This document shows positions 1 through 14,066 of a stretch of 64,000 nt of DNA, piece after piece. Every line of letters begins with the position of its first letter. Position 1 is the stretch's first letter. The notes beneath the pieces are model-generated. The model was not told the origin of the DNA and did not search any database. It worked only from the letters and a program-made list of their open reading frames with translations. The position numbers were made by a program, and so were the translations under genes. The DNA comes from Chrysomallon squamiferum (taxonomy: Eukaryota; Animalia; Mollusca): contig CM022666.1 of NCBI GenBank assembly GCA_012295275.1, positions 5,642,001-5,706,000 on the forward strand, in the 5' to 3' direction.

Positions 1-186
1 ATGCAGAACAAATAAACACAGTGGAACTTCCTTTGTACCAGAGCTGGATGGCAGCGTATATAGAACGTCATGAACGTGCACTGCAACTACACCAGCAGCA
101 GCTGACAACACTGCAGTTTGTACACAATGAGACGTACAGCACCTACTTAGTCAACCTCGGCATGAACATCAACTGCACTGTAGAGG
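1..186 (+). CDS. Possible exon of an unidentified upstream gene (may splice to 1310-1450)
   Basis: Higher-GC open frame AEQINTVELPLYQSW...NCTVE, weak donor at 187; phase-compatible acceptor at 1308-1309. No family recognised. Confidence 0.3.
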
Positions 187-319
187 GTAGCAAACAGCAG
201 AGACTGCATAAAGATCATCCACTTAACTTGTATTTTTCATTATAAACGAATCAGTGAACATATATCGTTCATCAGTCACTTTATATTGAAAATCAGTGAA
301 ATGTAAATATTTATTCACT

Positions 320-760
320 GAATACTGCACACATCCACTTTACATAGAACATCCCTAGAACATATACACTGTTTGTAGAACATCCACTGTACAGATTTAC
401 AGAACACAAACCATCAATGGTACATACATTACATATTCACTGTACAAAGAAAAACCACCATGCATGGTATATTTATTATCATTGAGCACATAACATTAAT
501 TACATTTACAACATGCACAGATGTACATATATAGAATATCAGCTGTACAAAAATATCCTTTTACACAGAACTTCTACAGCAGGACATCCATTGTGTACAG
601 AATATCTACCATACAAGAACATTCACTGTACACTGAACGTCTACTGAGCATCTTGAGCATCCAATGTATTTTATTTTACATAGGACATAGACTGAAGAAC
701 ATTCACTGTATACAGAACATCCACTGCAGAAGAACGCCTATTGTACATAGAATATCAATA
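320..760. repeat. Degenerate ~20-bp tandem repeat
   Basis: Recurrent ACAGAACATCCACTGT-like motif. Confidence 0.6.
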
Positions 761-769
761 AAAGTCTGA

Positions 770-1105
770 ATGATAAGGTTGACAATGAATTTTTGAATGA
801 TGATGCTGACAATGAAACATCTGATAGGTGATGTTAACGACATGAAATTTTAAATGATGATGTTGACAATGAAATTCTAAATGTTGATGCTGACAATAAA
901 ATTCTGATTGATGATGTTGACAATGAAATTCTAAATGTTGATTGACAATGAAATTCTGATTGATGATGTTGACAATAAAATTCTAAATGTTGATGCTGAT
1001 AATGAAATTCTGATTGATGATGTTGACAATGAAATTCTAAATGATGATGTTGACAATGAAATTCTAAATGATTATGCTGACAATGAAATCCTCGATGATG
1101 ATGAC
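770..1105. repeat. ~27-bp minisatellite
   Basis: GATGTTGACAATGAAATTCTAAATGAT-like unit repeated about 12 times. Confidence 0.85.
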
Positions 1106-1195
1106 GTAGGATGATGGCCATGACAACCTTTGTTTTTCCTTATGATCGTTTATATGTCGTTTTTCATTTCTCTTTCTTTTTTCCTTCTTCTTCTT

Positions 1196-1226
<31 letters not shown>

Positions 1227-1451
1227 TTATTATTATTATTATTATTATTATTTGTTTTGAAAATGAAAAGTTTATTATGACGCAACTAAATTTCTGATTT
1301 AACTTATAGATTATGGAAACAAATCTCTATACATATTCGAAGTTAAATATTTCGGAGAATCTGATGTCATTGCAAATATAAAACAATTGATACCAAATGA
1401 GATTTTCCAGGCGCGTTTGTTTAAAAAATTGAGGAGGGTGTTCCACTTGTG

Positions 1452-1553
<102 letters not shown>

Positions 1554-1885
1554 CCGATCTATTTCATAATATGACCTGAAGGAAATATCAGAATGTAATA
1601 TTTTTAGGTTTTAATTTAATTTCTTTTCATGTATCTTTCATTGTCTGATCCTCGCTGGTTTCAAAAATTATTCTTAGCCTGACAAAACCAGATCTGTTAA
1701 AAGATGAATAGAGAGAAGGTATATATATATAAATGTTTTTTAAAATTATATATAATTTATTAATTAATAATTAATAAGGATAAGTGATTAAATAATAATA
1801 ATTATAAATTAAATAAATAAAACTATACACAAAAATATTGATTAATTTAATAAATCAAAATTTAACTAATAATATTGATTAATTT

Positions 1886-2187
1886 CAATGGACTCATTTT
1901 AAATATCACCAGCACAGTCGTCATCTTTAAAAGTAGGCGTGCTCGAGCAATGTTTAAAATAGTTGTTTGCAAAGCGATGCATGTGATAGAAAATGCAAAG
2001 TCCAAAGTACAATAACATCGCTGAGTGTGGCAATGTACACGTTCCGTTTTGTTGCCGAGATATCTCACTTCACTACCTGCTTCAATCATCTCTAGAGCTT
2101 GTTAAACAACTATTTATAAACATTGCACGGGCAGGACAACTTTTAAAGATAACGAATGTACTGGTGATTTTTAACATGAGTCCAGTG
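1886..2187. mobile_element. MITE with ~90 bp imperfect inverted repeats
   Basis: 1886-1972 is the reverse complement of about 2098-2187; the ORF track shows matching peptides on opposite strands. Partial relatives near 7283, 7773 and 15100. Confidence 0.75.
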
Positions 2188-2759
2188 AGCTATTGTTATT
2201 ATACTATTGCTCATAGCTGGAGTGTATTAGGTCATTTGAAATTAGATACTGCAGATGTTCTGGATTAAATTTTTCATAATTTGTTTAGTGTTCGACTATT
2301 GAAGAGCGATTGAATAAAAAATAAGAAAATACCTATTTAATATTTAATTGTTACGTTTGTTTCTGTTCATGCACGTACATCACATGCACTTAGCGTAGTC
2401 TAGTTTCTATCATAAAAACAAACTGAACAACAGCCAAAATTCTTAAAATAGATCACTGTGTGTTTGTGGATGTGATAATAGTATGTGACTTATTTGCATT
2501 TGTTTTTTTATTATTACTCGGTTTTTTTTTTCCATTTTTACTTCGGTTTTTCGTTGTTTTCCAACAAGATCATGCAACAGTTAATTGCGAAGATTGACTA
2601 AATATATATAATACATAATATGTACGAGTGTATAAAATGCTTTTGTAGATGTTCCACAATGCATGTTAACCTAACTAACTCTGCTGCAAAACACTGTCAG
2701 GCCCCTTCTCTCAAAAAGGTTGCCGACCCTGCTGTATTCTTTAATTAACAACGACAACA

Positions 2760-2832
<73 letters not shown>

Positions 2833-3469
2833 TAAGAAGAAGACCTACAACAACAACCAGTATAACAGCAGTAATAAGTACACGCAGTTTATTTAAGAAC
2901 ATTATGTATCACGTTTACACGAAACCTTTTTTATTTCATTTTATTCTAGATGTGTTATCTTGTCGTTAAGGTTATGTTTTCTCGTAGTCGTGCAATGTGT
3001 GATTATAAGGGTGAGAGGTGATCGGATAAAAACTCAATTTCTCTGACACTTTACTTACGTATTTTTTGTTTGTTTTCAGTACAGGATTATTATCTTCTAA
3101 ACTGCAGCTCTCTGTAACACATAATATAATAAATTATTTCGGTAAGGAAAAGGAAGTAGAAATCTTTGTATATTTATGCTGCGCAAGTCATTTTTTTTCA
3201 TTTAGTCTTCTTTTATTTATTTTTTTATAGAATAGTCTGTTGTTTGTATAGTATCTGTGCGCGCACTTTGCTTTATGTTCGTGTAAGTGTCTTTTTATCT
3301 TGATATACTTGATAACAGCCAACACTTTTATCACTTAAGTAAACACGCCATGGAGTAACTGCGCATGTCTACATAACAGTATAAATACACTATATAGCTA
3401 TACAACTATATTAGTAATACTAACTAGAACTACACAGTGCAATAACACAAAAAAAAGAAAAGTAGGAAA

Positions 3470-5310
3470 ATGAAGTTAATTCGTCCAGTTATTGCCATAT
3501 CTCTTATGGTATTAAACTTGATGCTCATCAGTTTCATTGCATCTGTAACATTAAACGAATATCTGAACAGAGAAACCAAGTTGTTGTTTGACAAGGAACT
3601 GTGTGTGAAAATCTCGTGCAAACCAGGAGAAAACTGTTGTGATGACAAATCTACGAACAGAACCAGGAACAATACCACGTATTGCTGTTACAGTGATGGA
3701 GAAAAAGTGATCAGTGAAATTATGAAAAAGGTAAATTTTGTTTTAACTTCTGAAAAATTCCATAAATACATTAAATAGAAGATTAAAAAAGATATGAAAT
3801 TAAGAAATAGGTAAATTCTATATAAAAATATTAAAAACTTAAGTGGATTATAAATGAAATTCAAAAAAAAGGAAGAAAAAGTGAAACAACAAAAATAAAA
3901 AAGATCGATATATGTTTAATAATATTTCAATTATGAAAATGAGAAATTAATAACGCTGATGAATATTTTTAAATATAAAACAAATTATAATGGACGAATT
4001 TCAAAGTGGTTGTTGACATTCGTTTTAGAAACTGAGTGAAAGTCATACAAAAGCTGAGAAATGTGGTAAGTTTACACATACACATACACATTCACAGACA
4101 TACGCAAAAACAAAGTCGCATAAACACAGACACACATACAAGTAGAAACATAAACATACACACACATAAAGACTAAAATACACAAACACAGACAAGCAAA
4201 CCCACAAAAAGACACTCAGACAAACACAAACCACACATTTAAATATGCACAAAAGTGTTTATAATTATGTATTTGTATATACGTGTGTACGAGTCTAGAT
4301 GTGTTTACAGGTATGTGAGTCTATCTGTGTGACTGTGTGTGTGTGTTTATATATATGTGCATATATACATGTGTGTGTGTGTGTATATATATATTTATAT
4401 ATATTTCAGAACAAAATCTTCAGCAGATCAGAGAGGCTGCTGATCGTCTGAATAATAAAAACAATGCGAAGACATCGGCTCATCTACAAATGGAAGTGAA
4501 TGCAAAATACGACAAAGGTAAGAATACAAATAGTAGTAGTAGTGGTAGCAGCAGTAGTAGTAATAGTAGTAGTAGTAGTAGTAGCAGTAGCAGCAGTAGA
4601 AGTAGTAATAGAAGAGTAGTGATACTCAGTTGAAAGACAAAATAGTAGACAAAATAGTAGTAGTTACTTAAAAGTTCTGTCTGTTAATAGTTGTACAAGT
4701 AATTACCTAGTTATTAATAGTGGTTAGGAAATAATTGTAAAAATTGTGATAACAATAGTATTAGCAGTGTTAATAGCAAAAACACCAGTCGTGTTAGTAA
4801 AGTAGTTAATAGCAGGAGTTTGTAGTAGCTATACAACTATATTAGTAATACTAACTAGAACTATTGACAATTTAAAATAGAAATGTTATTTAAAAATCGT
4901 TTATTCTTGCAAACGTTTCAGACACACCGAAGCCTCTCATCAAATGGACGTCGTCTGGTAAAATATCGTTTGTGAAAGGAGGTGCGACTGTTGTCGCTGA
5001 CGGGATTCAAGTCAAACACTCTGCTTACTACTTCATATACAGCAACGTTGTATTCCATGCCAAGCAAATGAAACAGCTTGAATACTATAGGCCGTATCAC
5101 TCAATTGAAAAATATCCAAATTATGAAGTCCTCTACAGAAATTCTCAAACAACATGCAAAGTACGAAGAAATCAGGAAGGTTTTGTTCCTTCCTACATTG
5201 GAGCTGTTTATTACCTGAAAGCCAATGACACTGTGATGGTGAGAACATCACTTGTGAACAGAATTTTGAGAGATCCTGAGACTACCTACTTTGGGCTGTA
5301 TATGCTCTGA
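3470..5310 (+). CDS. TNF superfamily ligand, copy 1 (264 aa; exons 3470-3730, 4029-4065, 4410-4517, 4922-5310)
   Basis: GT-AG, phase-compatible exons (261+37+108+389 nt). N-terminal hydrophobic anchor, Cys-rich stalk, then TNF homology domain motifs SAHL, KW, GIQV..YYFIYSNVVF, SYIGAVYYL, TYFGLYML*. Confidence 0.92.
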
Positions 5311-5482
5311 ATTGGTCCAAGAGACCAGAATTATAACTGTTAATATATCATTTGTTTGAGCTGTGACACGACTACATAAAACTACTTTTTTATTCTAACT
5401 TTACCATGAAATGTTTATATAAGGCAAAATGTTATCTTCCTTTACAGTTTTCATTATGATTATGATTATAATGATTATAATG

Positions 5483-5551
<69 letters not shown>

Positions 5552-5736
5552 GTTGTTGTTGTTGTTGTTGTTGTTGCTGTTGCTTGTGAGTGGATCTGAT
5601 TTTATATATTCAATGGAATTATAAAATAAAGTAAAATGTCTGTGATACTATTGTTTTTAATTACTGCAAATTAGTTTTGTTATTACTATTATTTTACTTA
5701 TTATCATTTTGCACACACACACACAGATACACACAG

Positions 5737-5768
<32 letters not shown>

Positions 5769-6371
5769 TTATTATTTCAAACATTTTTGATACTCTAACA
5801 GAATTCTTGCCAGTATTTTAAATAACAACGTATTAATGCTAATGCAATATTACAGAATTACCAATAGACTGCTATTATTATTATCAATGCAATATCACAG
5901 TATTACAATAGACTGTTAATAGTATTATAAATTCAGTTTCATAATATTAATTACAGACTGTTGTTATTCTTATTAATGCATTATTATTGCTATAAATAAA
6001 TACCTTTACTTTATAAAAAAAGTGAAATGCTATTCGGTTTCCTAACAACGCAATAACTAGGTTAAGAACGCCATTTGCAATACAACTGACGTAGTCATAG
6101 TTTACTGGAAATCCCGGCAACTGATACTATTATTATACATCGGTGACAGTACGGCAATATACAGGTTAGTATAACTTACCGAACACGTGAACAGAAGTCA
6201 CGCTGTAGTTCAGCGCTCGGCGAGGAATTTAGTACGGCCTGTCAACTGAACACTTGGACACCAATTATTACATTAACTTTCTTTTTTCTTTAAATCTCCA
6301 GACCAAAGCAGCATTGCTTCCTAGCATCCCGTTTTGATGTTCAGTTTTGAAGATAAAATTGAGAGAGAGAG

Positions 6372-6427
<56 letters not shown>

Positions 6428-8064
6428 TGTGCTGTATTCAGTGAATAAATATTTAAATATCATTGGTTTTCTATATAAATTGACTGATGAAAGTTAAAAG
6501 TTCACTGATTAGTTTACAATGAATAATTCAAGTTAAGTGGATGATCCAGTTAAAAAGGATCTTTTATACAATATGTACTGATGCATTCAAATGATCAGAG
6601 TAATAAATGTTTAAATATACCTTAGAATTAAAATGTCATGTACAATTCGCATAATAAACAATCTATTAAAGCATTTTTTTGTTTTATCACAATAAGAATT
6701 TTCTTTTTAGAAGCATTTCAGAATTTAATTTTATTATCGCTATTATCATCATGATCATTGTTAATTTTGTTATGACTATCATAATTATCATTAACTTTAT
6801 TACCACTATCATCTTCATCATTATAACTACTGCTATATTATTACTATATAATCATGATTACTAGTATTATTCTTTCTACTACTCCTACTATTTATATAAG
6901 TGCTTCTGCTGCTACTACTACTACTATTAAATTTATAATCATCATCATCATCATCATCATAATTAGTATTGTTTGGTGCTGTCATTGTTGTTAAATAAAG
7001 ACTACAGTGATACCTCTGGTCACCTGTTCATAATTTTTATTACTTGGATAGTTACTTTAAATGTAGTACAAATGTCTTGTTCTGCATTTATCATTTTCTT
7101 CTTTTTCTTCTTTTCTTTTTTAAATATCAAGTAAAATTAATGAGAATGTTTTTCAACTCACTTTTCACTTATACACCAGTCAGTGACATGATTTAATTTT
7201 TATTTTATGAAGCATAATTTGTGTACTTTATAGACAGTAAGCTAAATATTGCTGTTATATAAGAGTGTTCATATCACATACTTAAAAGTACCCGAGCAGT
7301 GTTTATAAATAGCTGTTTGGAAAGTCCCGGCCTACAAGGACGTCGCTGAAAAATGTACACGAAAAATGTACACATTGATATCTTATTTAACTATCTGCTT
7401 TATTCACTATAAACAACTGACGTCTAGGCGTCTTGTTCGAAGTGCACTATCCACGTGTTCACTCGATCTACAATAAGCCCGCTGTTTGTGAAATATTTAC
7501 CTAACCTGTGATTGCTGAGACATTTCTTTTCTCTTTCTCTACGTGTTCAGATGTCGGCAACACTTGGTCAAATGTCTTGATCTGCATTTATCATTTTCTT
7601 CTTTTCTTTTTTAAATATCAAGTAAAATTAATGAGATCATTTTTCAACTCACTTTTCACTTATACACCAGTCAGTGACATGATTTAATTTTCATTTAATG
7701 CAGCATAATTTGCATACTTTATAGACAGTAGGTTAAATATTGCTCTTTTATAACCGTGTTCATATCACATACTTAAAAGGATACGAGCAGTGTTTAAAAA
7801 TAGCTGTTTGGAAAGTCACGGAAAAATGTACAGGTAACGTGACGTCACTGTCTGTGAAATGTTTATCTAACGTGTGATATCATTTCTCTGACTGCTTCAT
7901 TCACGCTGCTACTGTTCAGGTGTCGGCAACGCTTGTCAGACACCAATTATTACATTAACTTGACTCTCCTCCAAAACACTGCATATCATTTACATCACAT
8001 GTACTTGACGTAGTCTAGTTTCTGTCATAAAAACAACTCAGGGCAACATTCTTAAATAGATCAC

Positions 8065-8112
<48 letters not shown>

Positions 8113-8939
8113 TATTATTATTGTTCTTGTTTGGGTTTTTTCATTGTTGTTTTTTAGCTTTTTTCCAGCTGAACTCTGAACGACAACAGCAATGTTAATA
8201 TTAATAATAACAAGAACTACAACAGTAACAACCAGCAATAAATGGTCGTAGTTTATTTGTGAATATTGTGCAACTTTTAATTATTAATTTTGTTTTCAGT
8301 TTTGATTCTAAGCATGTCAACCTCTCCATTAGGCTATATTTTCTCACAGAGAATCAAAATGTGATTTGAAGGACAACGCGTTATCGGAAATAAAACAACA
8401 GTTTATGGGAAACTTAATTTTCTGTTTGTTTTCAGTACAATATTATTATCTTCTAAAGTGCAGCTTTAAATATAGCAATTTATTCAGTTATTTATCACAT
8501 GCACGCGAACTTACTTATTTATTTATTTACTTATTTATTTATTGATTTATTTATTTATTTACTTATTTATTTATTTATTTATCTATTTATGGTTTGTTTG
8601 TTTATTTTTATTTTACTCTATATATTTTATTTTATTTTATCTTATTATAATTTTATTTCATTTATTTTATTGTTTTAATTAATTAATTTATTTTTATATA
8701 TTTTAATGTATTTATTTATTTTACTTTACTTTTATCATTTTGTATTTTTATTTTATTTTATCACTTTTTTGTTTTTATTTTTAAATTTTTTAAATTTTAA
8801 TTCAGCATATTTTACTTTATTTATTTATCTTACTTTGTTACAGTTTTGTATTCTTACTTATTTTATTTGAAAAAATATTTTCATTTATTTTATTTTATTT
8901 GATTTTTGTTTTTATTTGATTTTACTTTATTTCGCTCAT

Positions 8940-8986
<47 letters not shown>

Positions 8987-9494
8987 TTCGGCAGATTGAA
9001 TCAACAGTCATGATACAAGTGACATTTACAAACAGAAGATTCTTCTGTCACAGGGAGATATTTCTGAGAATTCATATACCTGGCCCTGTAATAATAACTG
9101 ATCACTACACTTATTTATTCCGATTACGTGTAAGATAACAAATCCGGGCTGGATTTTGTTATTTATGACTCAGGTCACACAGGAATAGAAGTTGTGCGCG
9201 AGCTCGTAGAGAATATGATTCGATCTTTTCAGAAGTCTCTAGTTCACTAGTTGAAGTTGTTAACCGTATTACTGTTAGACGAATTTAGAAAGTATGAATG
9301 CATTATTGTTGTCATAAATAAATAAATCTGTTGTTGTGATTGTTGTAGTTATTGTTGTTGAAAATGAATATGAACACCTATACGAATTTTTTATTTATAT
9401 TCTTATTATTTTTTAGGTCGGTTCATTTATAAAGCAGTTACTAGGTCACGAACGTCATTTGCATACACAGCGCACCCACTCATAAGACTTAAAA

Positions 9495-9565
<71 letters not shown>

Positions 9566-9711
9566 TGTGTGTGTGTGTGTTTATTTAGATTAAGATTTCT
9601 ATGAAATAATTAGAAAAATCCATTCTTCCAGAACTTAGCTTTCCACTGGGCTATAAATAATACATAATAATTAGTAAATAAGTAAATAAATACATAATGT
9701 TTAAGACAAGA

Positions 9712-9748
<37 letters not shown>

Positions 9749-10275
9749 TTAAATAAATGATAAAAATTAAAGTAAAACAAAATGAATGAATGAAAAAAGA
9801 ATAGACAAAAAAAGATAGATATAAATTATAAAATCAGAATGACTTCTAAAAACTAGGTAACCACCTGATCATACCCATAAAATATCATGTAAACTCAGTA
9901 ATAAAGGAACAGAGAAATCACAAATGAAAATCAAGTCATTTAAATGAAGTAATGTACTTCTTGTTTGATGGATAGACCAAACGTGTGATCTTTTCGTGTC
10001 ACGTTATATGATCCACTGCCTTTTCTCATCAGGGTCATAACCAGGGTAAAGTAAGAGAAACGACACTAATGAAACTGCACAAACAGCCTGTCTGTGTTTA
10101 CCTGAATTAAAAGATTAAAGTGGCTCCTCCTTAAACACAGAAACATGGTCTGTGTAAACAGAGAGAAAAAGAAAGAAGATACAGAAATGAAAATAAAAGA
10201 AGATGAAAAAATAGAAAAATGAAAAGGTGTAATTCAGTCATCATAGAAATATTATCAAATATAATTTTAAAAAAC

Positions 10276-10475
10276 NNNNNNNNNNNNNNNNNNNNNNNNN
10301 NNNNNNNNNNNNNNNNNNNNNNNNNNNNNNNNNNNNNNNNNNNNNNNNNNNNNNNNNNNNNNNNNNNNNNNNNNNNNNNNNNNNNNNNNNNNNNNNNNNN
10401 NNNNNNNNNNNNNNNNNNNNNNNNNNNNNNNNNNNNNNNNNNNNNNNNNNNNNNNNNNNNNNNNNNNNNNNNNNN
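10276..10475. other. Assembly gap (200 N)
   Basis: Run of N. Confidence 1.
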
Positions 10476-11284
10476 AGTTTATTTGTGAATATGGTAAAAA
10501 AATAAAACAAATACTTTGACGTGTGATCTACGCGATGCAGTGATCTACACTGATCAAATTCTACGCGCTTATTTTAGTTATTATTTTGTTTATTCTTGGT
10601 TTTTTATTACCTCGGTTTAACGATGTAATTGGTTCCAAATTTCTGATCGTTAAGCGGGAGACTAATTTACACAGAACTGATGTTAAAAACAGTGGTTCTC
10701 GCTGATGAGATTTCACATAAAACATATATATATATTTTTTTAAATAAATACAGAAAAATAAATAACTTAATAGATCATAGATATTAAACAAACAGTAAAT
10801 CATTTACAAATCAATTTATACAAATAGATTAAGAAATAATTATATGCTACTCATAGTGGGTTCATGTTTGTGGGTTTTGTGTTCATTTAAGATATCGTCT
10901 TTTCTTTCTAAAGTTATTGTCTTCCGTTTCGTTTTATCATCAGCATATCTATTCGTGATACATAGACTACATGTTTTCCTCATTTTGTTTATGGCTTAGT
11001 TGACACAGGAATAGAAGTTACGCTGTACTCTTTATTTAACAATAACGACAAACACAACAGCTGTTAGCAGTACGATTGCATGACATCTATTTACAGCTTG
11101 GGTGGAAAGCCCAGTTCCCGGAGAAAATTATTATTCTCTGAAAGGAGGTCGACGACGTCATACGACCTTTTCAAAGTAGCTGCTATAAAAATCAACGCAG
11201 CCTGTCAAACAGCGTTTCTATCGTAGACGCGCTTCACTCCTTTGTGAACACTGAGTCAGCCTAATTTAGGTAAGTACATGTTTT

Positions 11285-11862
11285 ACTGATTTCATATGTT
11301 ATATATATTTATATAAAATTATAATTTCACTTATTTCTTAGGTTATATATGTTTATATAAAATTATAATTTCACTTATTTCATAGGTTATATATATTTAT
11401 ATAAAATTATAATTTCACTTATTTCTTAGGTTATATATGTTTATATAAAATTATAATTTCACTTATTTCATAGGTAATATATATTTATATAAAATTATAA
11501 TTTCACTTATTTCTTAGGTTATATATGTTTATATAAAATTATAATTTCACTTATTTCATAGGTTATATATATCTACATAAAATTATAATTTCACTTATTT
11601 CATAGGTTATATATGTTTATATGAAATTATAATTTCACTTATTTTATAGGTTATATTTATTTATATGAAATTATAATTTCACTTATTTCATAGGTTATAT
11701 ATGTTTATATAACATTATAATTTCACTTATTTCATAGGTTATATATGTTTATATAAAATTATAATTTCACTTATTTCATAGGTTATAAATGTTTATATAA
11801 AATTATAATTTCACTTATTTCATAGGTTATATATATATTTATATAAAAATATAAATTCACTT
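11285..11862. repeat. 44-bp minisatellite, about 13 copies
   Basis: Unit TTCACTTATTTCATAGGTTATATATGTTTATATAAAATTATAAT; about 4 copies at the paralogous site 19606-19786. Confidence 0.92.
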
Positions 11863-13159
11863 CGCTGTTTAGGATTTTTCCGCGCCCTAGTTTCACTTGT
11901 ATGATATTAAGTGATATTACATCAACTTGAAAAAACAAAACATCGCGGTAAGGTCGATAATTTTCTAGCACATGCGTTGGCAGGTAAGAATAATAACAGC
12001 CACAGAAAATACAGCACTCATTTATTTGTCTGCTATCTCGAAAATCGGCAATATGCTCGTGCAAGTCGTGCCACGGACAGCTTAATGTAACAGTTCTGTG
12101 GTTATTAAGCAGGAAAACTCAGTTATCAGATTCACGTTGCGATCTATAAACAGTAACGTTCACGGCAGTTTCAATTTCTGGCATTGAGAGGAAACCAGCC
12201 CTGGACGTGATCTTTCGAGGACGATACAATATCAGCAAACAGAGCGGATATGTAGAATGAGGCCCTGGCAAGCTTTGGCAGGTTTTTTCTGCCTTTGCAC
12301 TAAACCAACTAGCCAACGCTTTAGGAACGGATAACGAGAATATTACCATAAGTTCTGTTTTCATCCGAGTAAATGTTTCTACATAAGTATATCAAAAACC
12401 AGGCGATCTATCTAGAAGGAGATTAAATATGTTATTCAAACTTTGACAGTAGTTTAGTCAAGGTAATTTCCTTCTTGCTTGTGAAATCTGATGTCCGCTG
12501 GTTTGGGAGAACATCGAACTTTCCGCTATTAAGTCGTACCCGAGTTCACCGAGTGCTGTTGTTCGTTTTTGAATTTTTCAGAATAAAAACACATTTTAGT
12601 GATTTAATTAAATCATCAAAATCTATCGAGTGCGAACTGTTTTCTAACTTCTTGAAAAAATAAGATGATTTGGCGGTAGAATACTGGAAATAAGCCATCA
12701 TCACCTTGGTCAGTCACCTGATCAAAATACTTCCACTTGACTGGATATTTATTTCACCTCACGGTATTGAATATTTACTGCGCGCTTTGCGATCTCAAGC
12801 TATTTTTCGGTCACTTTAATTTTGTTACATTGTCTTCTATCTTGGAAAGTTACATCTTTGATTGCTAATGTACCGTCACAGTTTTGTCTATACATTTGTT
12901 TTAAGAGAAAAAACAATATATTTATTTTTTATTATTTCTTTAAAATCCTACCTCTTTCCAGTGATATAAATAACTTCGGACGAAAAACTCTACTCCTTAA
13001 ACTCCTCAACAATTGGAAACAAATTTTGAGACATCAGACAGCAAGGTCTTCATCAGGAGGATTATCTGTTTCATTAGACATCGCTGTGTTGTCATATTGG
13101 ATTTCAGTGGTTTACTAGAGAGAGAGAGAGAGAGAGAGAAAAAAAAAAAAAAAAAAACT

Positions 13160-13440
13160 TTGTGGCATCAGATACTCCTTACAATTGGAAAGAAATTGTG
13201 TGGCATCAGATACCAAGAAAAACACTGTTTGGCATCAGATACTCCTTACAATTGGAAAGAAATTTTGTGGCATCATAAACCAAGAAAGAAATTTTGTGGC
13301 ATCAGATACTCCTTACAATTGGAAAGAAATTTTGTGGCATCATAAACCAAGAAAGAAATTATGTGGCATCAGATACTCCTTACAATTGGAAAGAAATTTT
13401 GTGGCATCATAAACCAAGAAACAAATTGTTTGGCATCAGA
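13160..13440. repeat. 67-bp composite tandem repeat, about 4 copies
   Basis: CATCATAAACC recurs at 13271, 13338 and 13405; the unit is two TGGCATCA-initiated subunits; array flanked by an ~80-bp direct repeat (13032-13111, 13433-13513). Confidence 0.85.
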
Positions 13441-14032
13441 TAGCAAGGACTTCATCAGGAGGATTATCTGTTCTATTAGACATCGCTGTGCTGTCATATC
13501 GGATTTCAGTGGTGAGTATTTACATACAGAGGTTTACAAGGCATTCACTCTCTGTCTCTCATTTTCTCTGTCTCTCTGTCAATCTCTCCCTCTCTCTCGC
13601 TTTCTCTCTAACCTCTGTCAATCTGTCTCTCTCTGTCTCTCCGTCTCTCTCTGTCGGTCTGTCTCTCTGTCTGTCTGTCTCTGTGTCTCTCTCTGTTTAC
13701 TCAATGCAATCACCTGATATCATACTGAATATGACAAGAGGAAGAACCACCAAGCGAAGAACTCTCAGAAACAATTCTCCTGGCATTCGTGTTAAAATAA
13801 AAAATAAAAATATCTTATTTCATTTCATTAGATATTAACACACACACACGGCATGCATGCATACATGCATTCATATAAACACACACACACACTTTCTCTC
13901 TCTGTATGTGTGTGTGTGTGTGTGTGTGCGTTTTTTTCTTGGTTTTATTTATTATTTTACTTTTATTTTTTGAAAGAATGATATTTATGTGTGTGGTTTT
14001 TGATACTCATCAGTCTCATAAATATATCAAAC

Positions 14033-14066
<34 letters not shown>

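Noticed and set aside
834-1121. His/Cys-rich repeat peptide (HHLEFHCQ)n as a metal-binding protein
   Set aside because: Translation of a 27-bp minisatellite, with no splice or codon support.
2700-2736. hAT-like terminal fragment (AAAAGGTTGCCGACCCTG), also CAGTGGTTCCTAAC near 30697
   Set aside because: Single ends only; no partner TIR or TSD identified.
13160-13440. Regularly spaced TGGCATCA repeats as a CRISPR-like array
   Set aside because: The intervening sequences are themselves repeated, there are no unique spacers or cas genes, and the context is eukaryotic.
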